From positions 1 through 64,000 of the IMG/VR virus record IMGVR_UViG_3300025009_000004: DNA of 64,000 bases; one strand, 5' to 3'. Numbering within the stretch: position 1 is the first letter of the stretch; each line of letters opens with the position of its first letter. Shown in pieces: positions 1 through 6,801 of the stretch. The notes below the pieces were generated by a model. That model was not told the DNA's origin. It saw only the letters and a list, made by a program, of their open reading frames with translations, and did not search any database. A program made the translations under genes and the position numbers. The stretch is from a virus.

Positions 1-6
1 CTTCTT

Positions 7-35
7 ATTTTAGCATACATCAAAATGAATGTCAA
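7..35 (-). promoter_or_regulatory. sigma70/sigmaA-type promoter firing leftwards out of the window
   Basis: Minus strand reads TTGACA-N17-TAAAAT with TG extended -10. Confidence 0.75.
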
Positions 36-59
36 GAACTTTTTTAGAATAATTAAAAT

Positions 60-215
60 AATTTTCCTATACACATGATAAGATTAAATTATTATCATAA
101 TAACTTTAATCTATTATCTATCTTATATACAGAGATATACAGAGTAAGATAAAATGATAGAGGTAGAGAGGGGGATACTTTCATTATTATTGTTGGGTTT
201 TTTAAAACAGGCCAC
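60..215. other. Origin-like AT-rich intergenic tract between divergent promoters
   Basis: TATACAGAG tandem; 176-196 is the exact reverse complement of 30941-30961 inside the rep-like gene. Confidence 0.45.
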
Positions 216-313
216 CATAGCCATTCTTCATTTCAAGTATTTTACAAATAACTTGCCTAAACCCTCTACGCTTTTAATTCATAATAAATTATAAAATAAT
301 TTAAAAATAGTTC

Positions 314-342
314 TTGACATTTGTTAGTTGATGTAGTAAAAT
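314..342 (+). promoter_or_regulatory. sigma70/sigmaA-type promoter of the DIP1984-like/ncRNA/tRNA operon
   Basis: TTGACA(314-319)-N17-TAAAAT(337-342); 301-321 is identical to 2250-2270. Confidence 0.8.
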
Positions 343-390
343 AAGAATATAGGAAGGCAAGATAACATTAAAGTTAAAGGAGCAACAAAT

Positions 391-1011
391 ATGGAAAAGA
401 TTTCGGTGACTCGCGGGCTGTCTGAATTAAAAACCATAACCAAACGAATACAGGGAGCAATCACGGGGACTCCATTTTTGGCGATAGCAAGACAAGACGG
501 AGAAAAGACATACGACAACCAGAATAAAAATGAATTTGCATCTAATGTTAAATCATCGTTCGACAGTATATATTCATTAATTGAAAGATGGCATAAAATA
601 AAAATAGCAATTATAAAATCTAATGCCGAAACAATAGTCGATTTTAATGGAGAAAAAATATCTGTATCTGCATGTATCGAAAGAAAGAAAAGCGTTGAAA
701 GCAAGAAACTCCTAAAAAGCACTTTGGTAAGCCAATTGGTAAGTATTGATAAATGTGTTAAAGATGCAAATAAAAAAGTTGAAGAATCTTTGGAAAGAGT
801 ATTACAAGCACAGAGCGTTGGCGCTGATAAAAAATCCACAAGTCTCGATGAGTTTATTGGTCTTTATCGTAAAATGAATTGTTTTGATATTTTCGATCCG
901 ATGGGTATCAAAACTAAAGTAAAAGAGATAGAAGAAGAAATTACAAAATTTGAATCAGAAATAGATTTTATTTTATCAGAAAGCAACGCCAAGACGTTCA
1001 TTGAAATTTAA
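391..1011 (+). CDS. DIP1984/septicolysin-like coiled-coil protein
   Basis: 206 aa, AAGGAG RBS; motifs SVTRGLSELK..KRI, IKIAIIKSNAET.V, SVSACIERK and C-terminal EIDFILSESNAKTFIEI resemble this helical family. Confidence 0.6.
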   Translation: MEKISVTRGLSELKTITKRIQGAITGTPFLAIARQDGEKTYDNQNKNEFASNVKSSFDSIYSLIERWHKIKIAIIKSNAETIVDFNGEKISVSACIERKKSVESKKLLKSTLVSQLVSIDKCVKDANKKVEESLERVLQAQSVGADKKSTSLDEFIGLYRKMNCFDIFDPMGIKTKVKEIEEEITKFESEIDFILSESNAKTFIEI

Positions 1012-1015
1012 ATAA

Positions 1016-1275
1016 TATAAAATATTACATATACGAGAACGGCAACACTTATCCGCCTGGGCCAGCGCATGTCCCAATGCATTCCGTTGAGCAACGGCAA
1101 AATGCTCGTTAAAGGTTAAAGATAAATGCTTAAAGATAAAGTTTTAAAGTTTAAGTTTTGTTAGTTAAAGATTAAAAATAAGAGATTAAATTTAGTTAAA
1201 ATCCTTGAAAAAACTTTATCCTATTGATAAGTCTGAGGCGCTATTCATACAGGGCTGTATATGTAATATTTTATA
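1016..1275 (+). ncRNA. Candidate structured ncRNA with internal TTAAAG-like tandem repeats
   Basis: Perfect 19-bp terminal inverted repeat (1016-1034/1257-1275), GC-rich 5' hairpins, about 12-13 degenerate WTAAAG units at 1109-1200, 3' stem CCTTG/CAGGG. Confidence 0.7.
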
Positions 1276-1283
1276 ATATATGA

Positions 1284-1355
1284 AGGCGTGTAGCCAAACG
1301 GTAAGGCAACGGGTTTTGGTCCCGTCATGTAGAGGTTCAAATCCTTTCACGCTTA
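1284..1355 (+). tRNA. tRNA-Gln(TTG)
   Basis: Cloverleaf; anticodon arm ACGGG-TT TTG GT-CCCGT; T arm AGAGG-TTCAAAT-CCTTT. Confidence 0.9.
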
Positions 1356-1361
1356 TTTCAT

Positions 1362-1446
1362 GGAGAGCTGTGCGAGTGGCTGATGCAGATTGTCCTGAAA
1401 ACAATTTAACAGAAATGTTACTGGGGTTCAAATCCCTAGCTCTCCT
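1362..1446 (+). tRNA. tRNA-Ser(TGA), atypical C33
   Basis: Acceptor GGAGAGC/GCTCTCC; anticodon arm ATTGT-CC TGA AA-ACAAT; long variable arm. Confidence 0.8.
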
Positions 1447-1448
1447 TT

Positions 1449-1532
1449 GGAAGAATGTTGGAACTGGTATTCATCACGGACTTAAAATCCGTGGCCCGCA
1501 AGGGATTGAGGGTTCGACTCCCTCTTCTTCCA
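1449..1532 (+). tRNA. tRNA-Leu(TAA)
   Basis: Acceptor GGAAGAA/TTCTTCC; ACGGA-CT TAA AA-TCCGT; long variable arm; A73. Confidence 0.92.
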
Positions 1533-1537
1533 TACTT

Positions 1538-1611
1538 GGGTAAATGGTGCAACTGGCAGACACGCTTGTCTCAAAAACAAGATATTAACGGTTCAAATCC
1601 GTTTTTACCCA
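1538..1611 (+). tRNA. tRNA-Leu(CAA) with short variable loop
   Basis: Acceptor GGGTAAA/TTTACCC; CTTGT-CT CAA AA-ACAAG; 5-nt variable loop. Confidence 0.85.
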
Positions 1612-1614
1612 TGC

Positions 1615-1698
1615 GGAGAGCTGTTGGAACTAGCAGACATCATAGTCTTAGAAACTATGGGGCGAAAGCTCGTGAGAGTGCAAATCTCTCGCTCTCTA
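1615..1698 (+). tRNA. tRNA-Leu(TAG)
   Basis: ATAGT-CT TAG AA-ACTAT; long variable arm; T loop TGCAAAT. Confidence 0.85.
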
Positions 1699-1716
1699 TT
1701 TTAATAAAAATAACTT

Positions 1717-1798
1717 GGATATCTCGCCTAATGGTATGGCACAACATTGGAAATGTTGCGACCGCAAGGTTGTATAGGTTCAAATCCTGCGATATCCG
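1717..1798 (+). tRNA. tRNA-Ser(GGA)
   Basis: Acceptor GGATATC/GATATCC; CAACA-TT GGA AA-TGTTG; long variable arm; G73. Confidence 0.9.
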
Positions 1799-1802
1799 TA
1801 CT

Positions 1803-1887
1803 GGGGGAATCGCCTAATGGTATGGCACATGACTCGAAATCATGCGGCAGAAATGCTGTAAGTGTTCGACCCACTTTTCCTCCGCCA
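1803..1887 (+). tRNA. tRNA-Ser(CGA)
   Basis: CATGA-CT CGA AA-TCATG; long variable arm; G73 and encoded CCA. Confidence 0.9.
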
Positions 1888-1888
1888 A

Positions 1889-1970
1889 GGAAGGTTAGAC
1901 TAATGGCAAGTCACAGGTTTGCTAAACCTGCGTCAGAAATGGCTTGAGTGTTCAAATCACTCACCTTCCG
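1889..1970 (+). tRNA. tRNA-Ser(GCT)
   Basis: Acceptor GGAAGGT/ACCTTCC; CAGGT-TT GCT AA-ACCTG; long variable arm; G73. Confidence 0.92.
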
Positions 1971-1997
1971 TTAATTAAAATAAACTAAAAGGTAGGT

Positions 1998-2183
1998 GTG
2001 ACAATGAATCATAAGATCGATCCTTTACTTAAAATAGACAAACAGTTCTCAACTAAACTTAAGAATGAGGACTATGTTGTATTTGAAAAGATATCCGATG
2101 ATATGGGCGTTGGCGTGGGAACGCTAACCCGTATGCTCATCATGGAATATCTTCACAAGAAAGCTAAAGAAAATAAAGAATAA
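1998..2183 (+). CDS. Small ribbon-helix-helix-like DNA-binding protein
   Basis: Strand FSTKL followed by two helices (G...GTLTRMLIMEYL). Confidence 0.45.
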   Translation: MTMNHKIDPLLKIDKQFSTKLKNEDYVVFEKISDDMGVGVGTLTRMLIMEYLHKKAKENKE

Positions 2184-2208
2184 TTATCATTATCTATTTT
2201 TTATTATT

Positions 2209-2240
2209 ATAAGCCTATTCCCGTAGGCTTATTTTATTTT
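2209..2240 (+). terminator. Intrinsic terminator
   Basis: ATAAGCCTA/TAGGCTTAT stem followed by T-rich tract. Confidence 0.7.
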
Positions 2241-2262
2241 ATAGGAAAGTTAAAAATAGTTC

Positions 2263-2291
2263 TTGACATTCCGATTGTGATATGTTAAAAT
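2263..2291 (+). promoter_or_regulatory. sigma70/sigmaA-type promoter
   Basis: TTGACA-N17-TAAAAT with TG extension. Confidence 0.8.
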
Positions 2292-2318
2292 GAGATTAAG
2301 AAGAGTTAAGGAGCGATT

Positions 2319-2786
2319 ATGAAGAAAGAAACCACACCGGATAGCGTTATTGATTTCCTGGGCGGCAGTGAAATGGAAATGCCAGATTATATGCAACTAG
2401 CAGAAGTTATGTTCAACGATTACGTTGACAATGCAGCAAAGTATATAAGCGATCACAAAGATTATAACTTCATTAAAATCTATAATGATATTACCGCTGT
2501 ATCTGATTTATGCGTTGCCACTAAAGCATACGAGATGTTTTCCTTACACCGTGTCAAATTAGTTAAAGATTTAGAGAATGTTCATCTGCTTTCAATCGCA
2601 GTTATGGATAGACCAATGGCAGTATTTAGTATATGTATTGAAGCTGTTGCTAATTTAGAGAATCCTATCGAGCAAGCAGCATCAATTGTACTATGGTTCC
2701 CTATCATAAAGCATTTTGCTAATAAATCCAAGATATTTTACGACCAGACACATAAAGAGGAAGTGGCTAATGAAGAAAATAAATAA
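2319..2786 (+). CDS. Hypothetical protein
   Basis: 155-aa ORF with AAGGAG RBS downstream of a promoter. Confidence 0.7.
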   Translation: MKKETTPDSVIDFLGGSEMEMPDYMQLAEVMFNDYVDNAAKYISDHKDYNFIKIYNDITAVSDLCVATKAYEMFSLHRVKLVKDLENVHLLSIAVMDRPMAVFSICIEAVANLENPIEQAASIVLWFPIIKHFANKSKIFYDQTHKEEVANEENK

Positions 2787-2982
2787 TTACTTAGGCAAGG
2801 CTAAACTTGGCTACATAGACACAACATGTTCTCATTGTCTATGTAAGTTTAAGATCGTCATTAAAAGCAACCCACATACAATTGAAAAGCACTTCTGGGA
2901 AGATTATGAATGCCCTGAGTGCAAGATGGCCGGATTATCTATTTATGCAACAATAGACCCTATCGTGGCGGTGATAAAATGA
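2770..2982 (+). CDS. Zinc-ribbon protein
   Basis: CSHC...CPEC; ATG at 2770 overlaps the upstream gene. Confidence 0.55.
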   Translation: MKKINNYLGKAKLGYIDTTCSHCLCKFKIVIKSNPHTIEKHFWEDYECPECKMAGLSIYATIDPIVAVIK

Positions 2983-3197
2983 ACACATATGCCGTTTATT
3001 TTGATGGACAAGAGGAAACAGCAGTAGAATTAGTTTATGTCGTTTTTCGGTCTCATGCGCACTGGACCACTAGAGCACCACTTGAGTTTGAGAATATTTT
3101 CAAAACAAAAGACGCAGCGAATAAATATGTCAAGAGAAGACAAGAGAATAACCCAGAACTATTTTTTATAGTAGAGCGAAAAGAGGTATTAAAATGA
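2979..3197 (+). CDS. Small phage protein (paralogous family)
   Basis: ATGA-coupled start; MNTYAVY...IFKTKDAA...EVLK. Confidence 0.6.
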   Translation: MNTYAVYFDGQEETAVELVYVVFRSHAHWTTRAPLEFENIFKTKDAANKYVKRRQENNPELFFIVERKEVLK

Positions 3198-3352
3198 AAG
3201 TGCATGTAGTAGAATATTATGACAACGAAGATAGATATATAGAAAGTATCCATGAGACCGAAGAATCAGCGCGAAAATCAATCAACGATATGCCAATTAG
3301 AGACATATATAAATCTGATTATAGTATCGCAGAACATGAGGTATTAAAATGA
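3194..3352 (+). CDS. 52-aa phage protein (paralogous family, not in ORF track)
   Basis: MKVHVVEYYDNEDRYIESIHETEESARK...; GAGG RBS; ATGA coupling. Confidence 0.65.
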   Translation: MKVHVVEYYDNEDRYIESIHETEESARKSINDMPIRDIYKSDYSIAEHEVLK

Positions 3353-3525
3353 AAGTGTATCTCGTGTTTACAAGTTTTTTGGACCATGATTTATATGGAG
3401 TATATGCAAATGAAGAATCGGCAAATAGAGTATTAGCAGAATTGTCACAACCCAGCGAAGTCCCAACTGAACCATCAATAGAAGAGTGGGAAATACAAGA
3501 CCTAATTAGCAAGGAGGCTCAATGA
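3349..3525 (+). CDS. 58-aa phage protein (paralogous family, not in ORF track)
   Basis: MKVYLVFTSFLDHDLYGVYANEESA...; GAGG RBS; ATGA coupling. Confidence 0.65.
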   Translation: MKVYLVFTSFLDHDLYGVYANEESANRVLAELSQPSEVPTEPSIEEWEIQDLISKEAQ

Positions 3526-3893
3526 TACTCTTAACCTTACAAAATGTTCCATATGCCGTCTTTAACAACCAAATAGAATGTAATAAATGGATTAAAGATA
3601 ACGATAATCGTATTGTATCATTTGATACATTTGAGATACAACATATCGATACAATGGATGCCACAGTTGATTATTGGATTGATAAACTTGTCAAACTATA
3701 CGACTTTAAATGGTCAACCAAATATGATATTGACTCCAACCAATACTTCATCAACAACGAAATTAAAATGAAAAGAGATAGCATACAACATCGGCGCTTA
3801 CTTAAATTCTGGTTAGAAAACGTATACAAAGTTCCTGCATCTATTTGCATAATATTTCATACGGAGGACGATGACAATGAGCAAACAAATTAA
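3522..3893 (+). CDS. Hypothetical protein
   Basis: AGGAGG RBS; coupled ORF. Confidence 0.65.
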   Translation: MILLTLQNVPYAVFNNQIECNKWIKDNDNRIVSFDTFEIQHIDTMDATVDYWIDKLVKLYDFKWSTKYDIDSNQYFINNEIKMKRDSIQHRRLLKFWLENVYKVPASICIIFHTEDDDNEQTN

Positions 3894-4158
3894 AGCTGAT
3901 CTGGAAATACCCGTTATAAGAGTTGGTCAAATCTACAAGCACTACAAAGGTTCATGTTATGAAGTAATGGCGTTCGCTACACATTCAGAAACAAACGAAC
4001 CTGTTGTTATTTATCGTCGCGCTGATATGTCAGAACCTAGATTATGGTGCCGGCCACAAAGCATGTGGTTTGAAACCGTTAATGTAGATGGCAAAACTAA
4101 ATTTAGATTTACTTTGGCTACAATACCAGAAATGGAGAGTTTAAATGCCAATATTTGA
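3871..4158 (+). CDS. DUF1653-domain protein
   Basis: GQIYKHYKG..YEV..FATHSET.EP.VIYR....LWCRP..MWFE. Confidence 0.85.
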   Translation: MTMSKQIKADLEIPVIRVGQIYKHYKGSCYEVMAFATHSETNEPVVIYRRADMSEPRLWCRPQSMWFETVNVDGKTKFRFTLATIPEMESLNANI

Positions 4159-4342
4159 ATACACTTGCCCCATCTGTAAATCAAAGAAAGAAAAACTTGT
4201 TCAATCTAAGTCAGAGCATATCTTCTGTGATAAATGTATATCATCCGAAATGACCAGAGAAGAAGTTTATATAGTCAATGATGTTATACATGGATATTGC
4301 TACAAAAATGAAAACATGAAGAATAGAGTTAGAAAGGATTAG
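4145..4342 (+). CDS. FmdB-like zinc-ribbon protein
   Basis: MPIFEYTCPIC...CDKC. Confidence 0.75.
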   Translation: MPIFEYTCPICKSKKEKLVQSKSEHIFCDKCISSEMTREEVYIVNDVIHGYCYKNENMKNRVRKD

Positions 4343-4343
4343 C

Positions 4344-4862
4344 ATGAAAGAAGATCACATGTCGCCTAATCACCAGATATACCTTAAGCGCATGTCAAAG
4401 CGTCAAAAGATGTCAGAAGCCATTACGGTGTTCTTCGCCCTCTCTATCGCACTCCTAATGAGTTATATGATAATCAAACATGTAGAAAGAATAAATGCCA
4501 AACAAGTTGAAGTTAAAGCAATGATACAACTGTTAGAATTTGAACATCGTATTGTAAATAGCAGTGGAATGATTAGAATCAAAGGCATTAAAGAAACAGT
4601 TTGGCATGTATTCTCCGATGAAGCAAAAGATGCAGTTAACATCAACGTCCAACATCTTGAAGGCAATAAATATGTTTTGACCTATTCAACTGGATTTGTA
4701 GCAACGTACCATACGATGATATTGACCGTGATAAACTCTGCAATAACATTCAGCCCAGAAGAAGTATTTATAGCAACAAATTATATTGATCTAACCAAAG
4801 ATGATGCTGGCAAATATATTGTTCAAATGGAGACGAAAGAAGCGTTGCTTCATAGAGAATAA
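4344..4862 (+). CDS. Hypothetical membrane-anchored protein
   Basis: One hydrophobic helix (AITVFFALSIALLMSYMII). Confidence 0.6.
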   Translation: MKEDHMSPNHQIYLKRMSKRQKMSEAITVFFALSIALLMSYMIIKHVERINAKQVEVKAMIQLLEFEHRIVNSSGMIRIKGIKETVWHVFSDEAKDAVNINVQHLEGNKYVLTYSTGFVATYHTMILTVINSAITFSPEEVFIATNYIDLTKDDAGKYIVQMETKEALLHRE

Positions 4863-4985
4863 GCAAGTATTTATAAAGAAGATTGAAGTAACATTGCCTT
4901 TAGTCGATTATGCAATACCAATTACAGCAGAAGATACATTAATTGATTTTGCCCAGGTAGAGATAGAAATATATGAGGAGAATGT

Positions 4986-5432
4986 ATGATACATAAAATA
5001 GAATATATAAAAGGTTCAATCTTTGACGCCATTCATGCCGATTATAAGGTATGTCCAGTAAATAAGGTTGGAGTTATGGGCGCTGGATTGGCCAAAGAGT
5101 TTAAAAAAAGAATGCCACAATGTGAACTTTTATACTTAATATACCTATCGTTGTTAAAAGAAACTGGATTCATTCTCGGAGATCTAAAAGACGGAGTTAT
5201 TCATCTGGCCACAAAAGACCATTGGAAACAAGATTCAGAAATCGATTTTATCCAGAATAATTTAAAAAATCTAGTAGAAACTCTAAATCTATCTTTTAAT
5301 GATAAAATAAGAATTGCATTTCCAAAACTTGGGTGTGGTTGTGGAAAAATTAAATGGGAAGATATTAAGCCAACAATGGAAAAAGAGCTTTACAAGTTAA
5401 ATGATAATTTTATAATAGAAATATATTTATAA
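4986..5432 (+). CDS. Macro domain (ADP-ribose processing, DarG-like) protein
   Basis: KGSIF, PVN..GVMGAGLAKEFK, TKDHW, IAFPKLGCGCG. Confidence 0.88.
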   Translation: MIHKIEYIKGSIFDAIHADYKVCPVNKVGVMGAGLAKEFKKRMPQCELLYLIYLSLLKETGFILGDLKDGVIHLATKDHWKQDSEIDFIQNNLKNLVETLNLSFNDKIRIAFPKLGCGCGKIKWEDIKPTMEKELYKLNDNFIIEIYL

Positions 5433-5441
5433 GGAGCAAAT

Positions 5442-6017
5442 ATGAACCAAATTATAACTGAATACGAAACTAATGGTGGGATAATCCCACCTCCGCCAAT
5501 AGTGAAACAAGAAATAATAAAAGAATACCAAGACCTATACAAATGCAAATACTTTATTGAAACAGGCACATGGCACGGTGATATGGTATTAGCTCAGAAA
5601 GATAACTTTAAAACCATCATATCAATAGAACTTAGCGAAGTATTAGCAGAAAGAGCTAGGCTACTCTTTCGCCCTTATGGGCATATTCATATTTTAGAAG
5701 GCGATAGTGGCAGATTATTATCGCAAGCCATTAATGCCATTAATGGTCAAGCAATATTTTGGCTTGATGGTCATTTCTCTGGCGGCGACACTGCCAAGGG
5801 TGATAAAGAATGCCCCATACTCGAAGAAATAGACGCTATCTTTGCCAATAACAAGAAACATATCCTTTTGATAGATGATGCCCGATGTTTCACCGGAAAG
5901 AACTCATACCCTTTCTTATCTGACTTAATTGATTACATAAAAAGCAAAGATGCCAAGTATCAAATCGAAGTTAAACATGACATAATAAGATGTGTTAAAG
6001 AAAGCACAAAAGCATAA
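5442..6017 (+). CDS. Class I SAM-dependent methyltransferase-like protein
   Basis: FIETGT..G, SIELS, GDS, FWLDGH, LIDDAR motifs. Confidence 0.7.
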   Translation: MNQIITEYETNGGIIPPPPIVKQEIIKEYQDLYKCKYFIETGTWHGDMVLAQKDNFKTIISIELSEVLAERARLLFRPYGHIHILEGDSGRLLSQAINAINGQAIFWLDGHFSGGDTAKGDKECPILEEIDAIFANNKKHILLIDDARCFTGKNSYPFLSDLIDYIKSKDAKYQIEVKHDIIRCVKESTKA

Positions 6018-6023
6018 CATAAT

Positions 6024-6058
6024 AAAAGAAGCGCCGATCTCTCGGCGCTCTTTTTATT
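6024..6058. terminator. Bidirectional intrinsic terminator between convergent operons
   Basis: AGCGCCGA-TCTC-TCGGCGCT flanked by A and T tracts. Confidence 0.8.
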
Positions 6059-6063
6059 TATCC

Positions 6064-6465
6064 TTAACTAAAATCCCCTTCACTTATACTATATCCGTCA
6101 TCGTCTAAATAATCTCTTGAACTTGGACATTCTATTGCATGCTTAAGATTCTTCTTGACCTTATAGCTCGATTCAACCAACTTAATGAAATCTTTTACTG
6201 TAACTTCTCTGTCCTCTCCGTCTTTGATTATCCATGATTTAGGCATATTCTTTAAAATATTTTTCCATGTTTCCCATTCGGTTATTGAGTAATAATTAAG
6301 GATATGTTCTATAAAATCATTTGCTGCTTTCCCGAATAAATCTAAATATTTAAACCCTTGCACCGAAAAGGCCCAACCCCAAGATTTCTTCCCTAAATGT
6401 ACTCTTGCATCTTCTTTTTTGCAATGTGGACAAATATCGATATATAAATAGTAGTTAGTTCCCAT
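6064..6465 (-). CDS. Conserved-type phage hypothetical protein
   Basis: MGTNYY...CPHC...HLGKKSWGWAF...EGDFS; AAGGAG RBS. Confidence 0.7.
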   Translation of the reverse strand: MGTNYYLYIDICPHCKKEDARVHLGKKSWGWAFSVQGFKYLDLFGKAANDFIEHILNYYSITEWETWKNILKNMPKSWIIKDGEDREVTVKDFIKLVESSYKVKKNLKHAIECPSSRDYLDDDGYSISEGDFS

Positions 6466-6645
6466 TTAAAGGCTCCTTTAAATCCATAATTTTTGTATAT
6501 GTTCTATTGAGTGCATTTTTAATTTAGCATATTGAGCAAAATCTGTTATAGGCGTGAAGAACCCATTGTTATTAAGATATTTAAACATCATGTACATTAT
6601 TATCGCCAACAAACATTTTAATATTTTATGGGGTGGTTTCATTCA

Positions 6646-6801
6646 TTACTCCTCCCGTTCTGTTTCCTGTTCGCTTACCCATTGTTGTGGATAGTCTAGC
6701 TTAGATAACCTTTTATATGCTGATTCTTTTGTTTCATGTAAACTATCGATAAATACGCCTTCATTATCTAAATCTGAATGTAAGACAAGATATATTTTCA
6801 C
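6646..6801 (-). CDS. 51-aa paralogue of the 3194-3352 protein (not in ORF track)
   Basis: GTG start; KIYLVLHSDLDNEGVFIDSLHETKESA. Confidence 0.6.
   Translation of the reverse strand: MKIYLVLHSDLDNEGVFIDSLHETKESAYKRLSKLDYPQQWVSEQETEREE

Noticed and set aside
324-839. Minus-strand 171-aa ORF and similar antisense ORFs elsewhere
   Set aside because: Antisense shadows of RBS-led genes.
1216-1947. ORFs 1216-1431, 1280-1543, 1455-1817 and 1747-1947
   Set aside because: They overlap well-formed tRNAs and lack RBSs.
2183-2194. Fur-box-like ATTATCATTATC (also near 12876)
   Set aside because: Partial match in very AT-rich DNA and not overlapping promoter elements.
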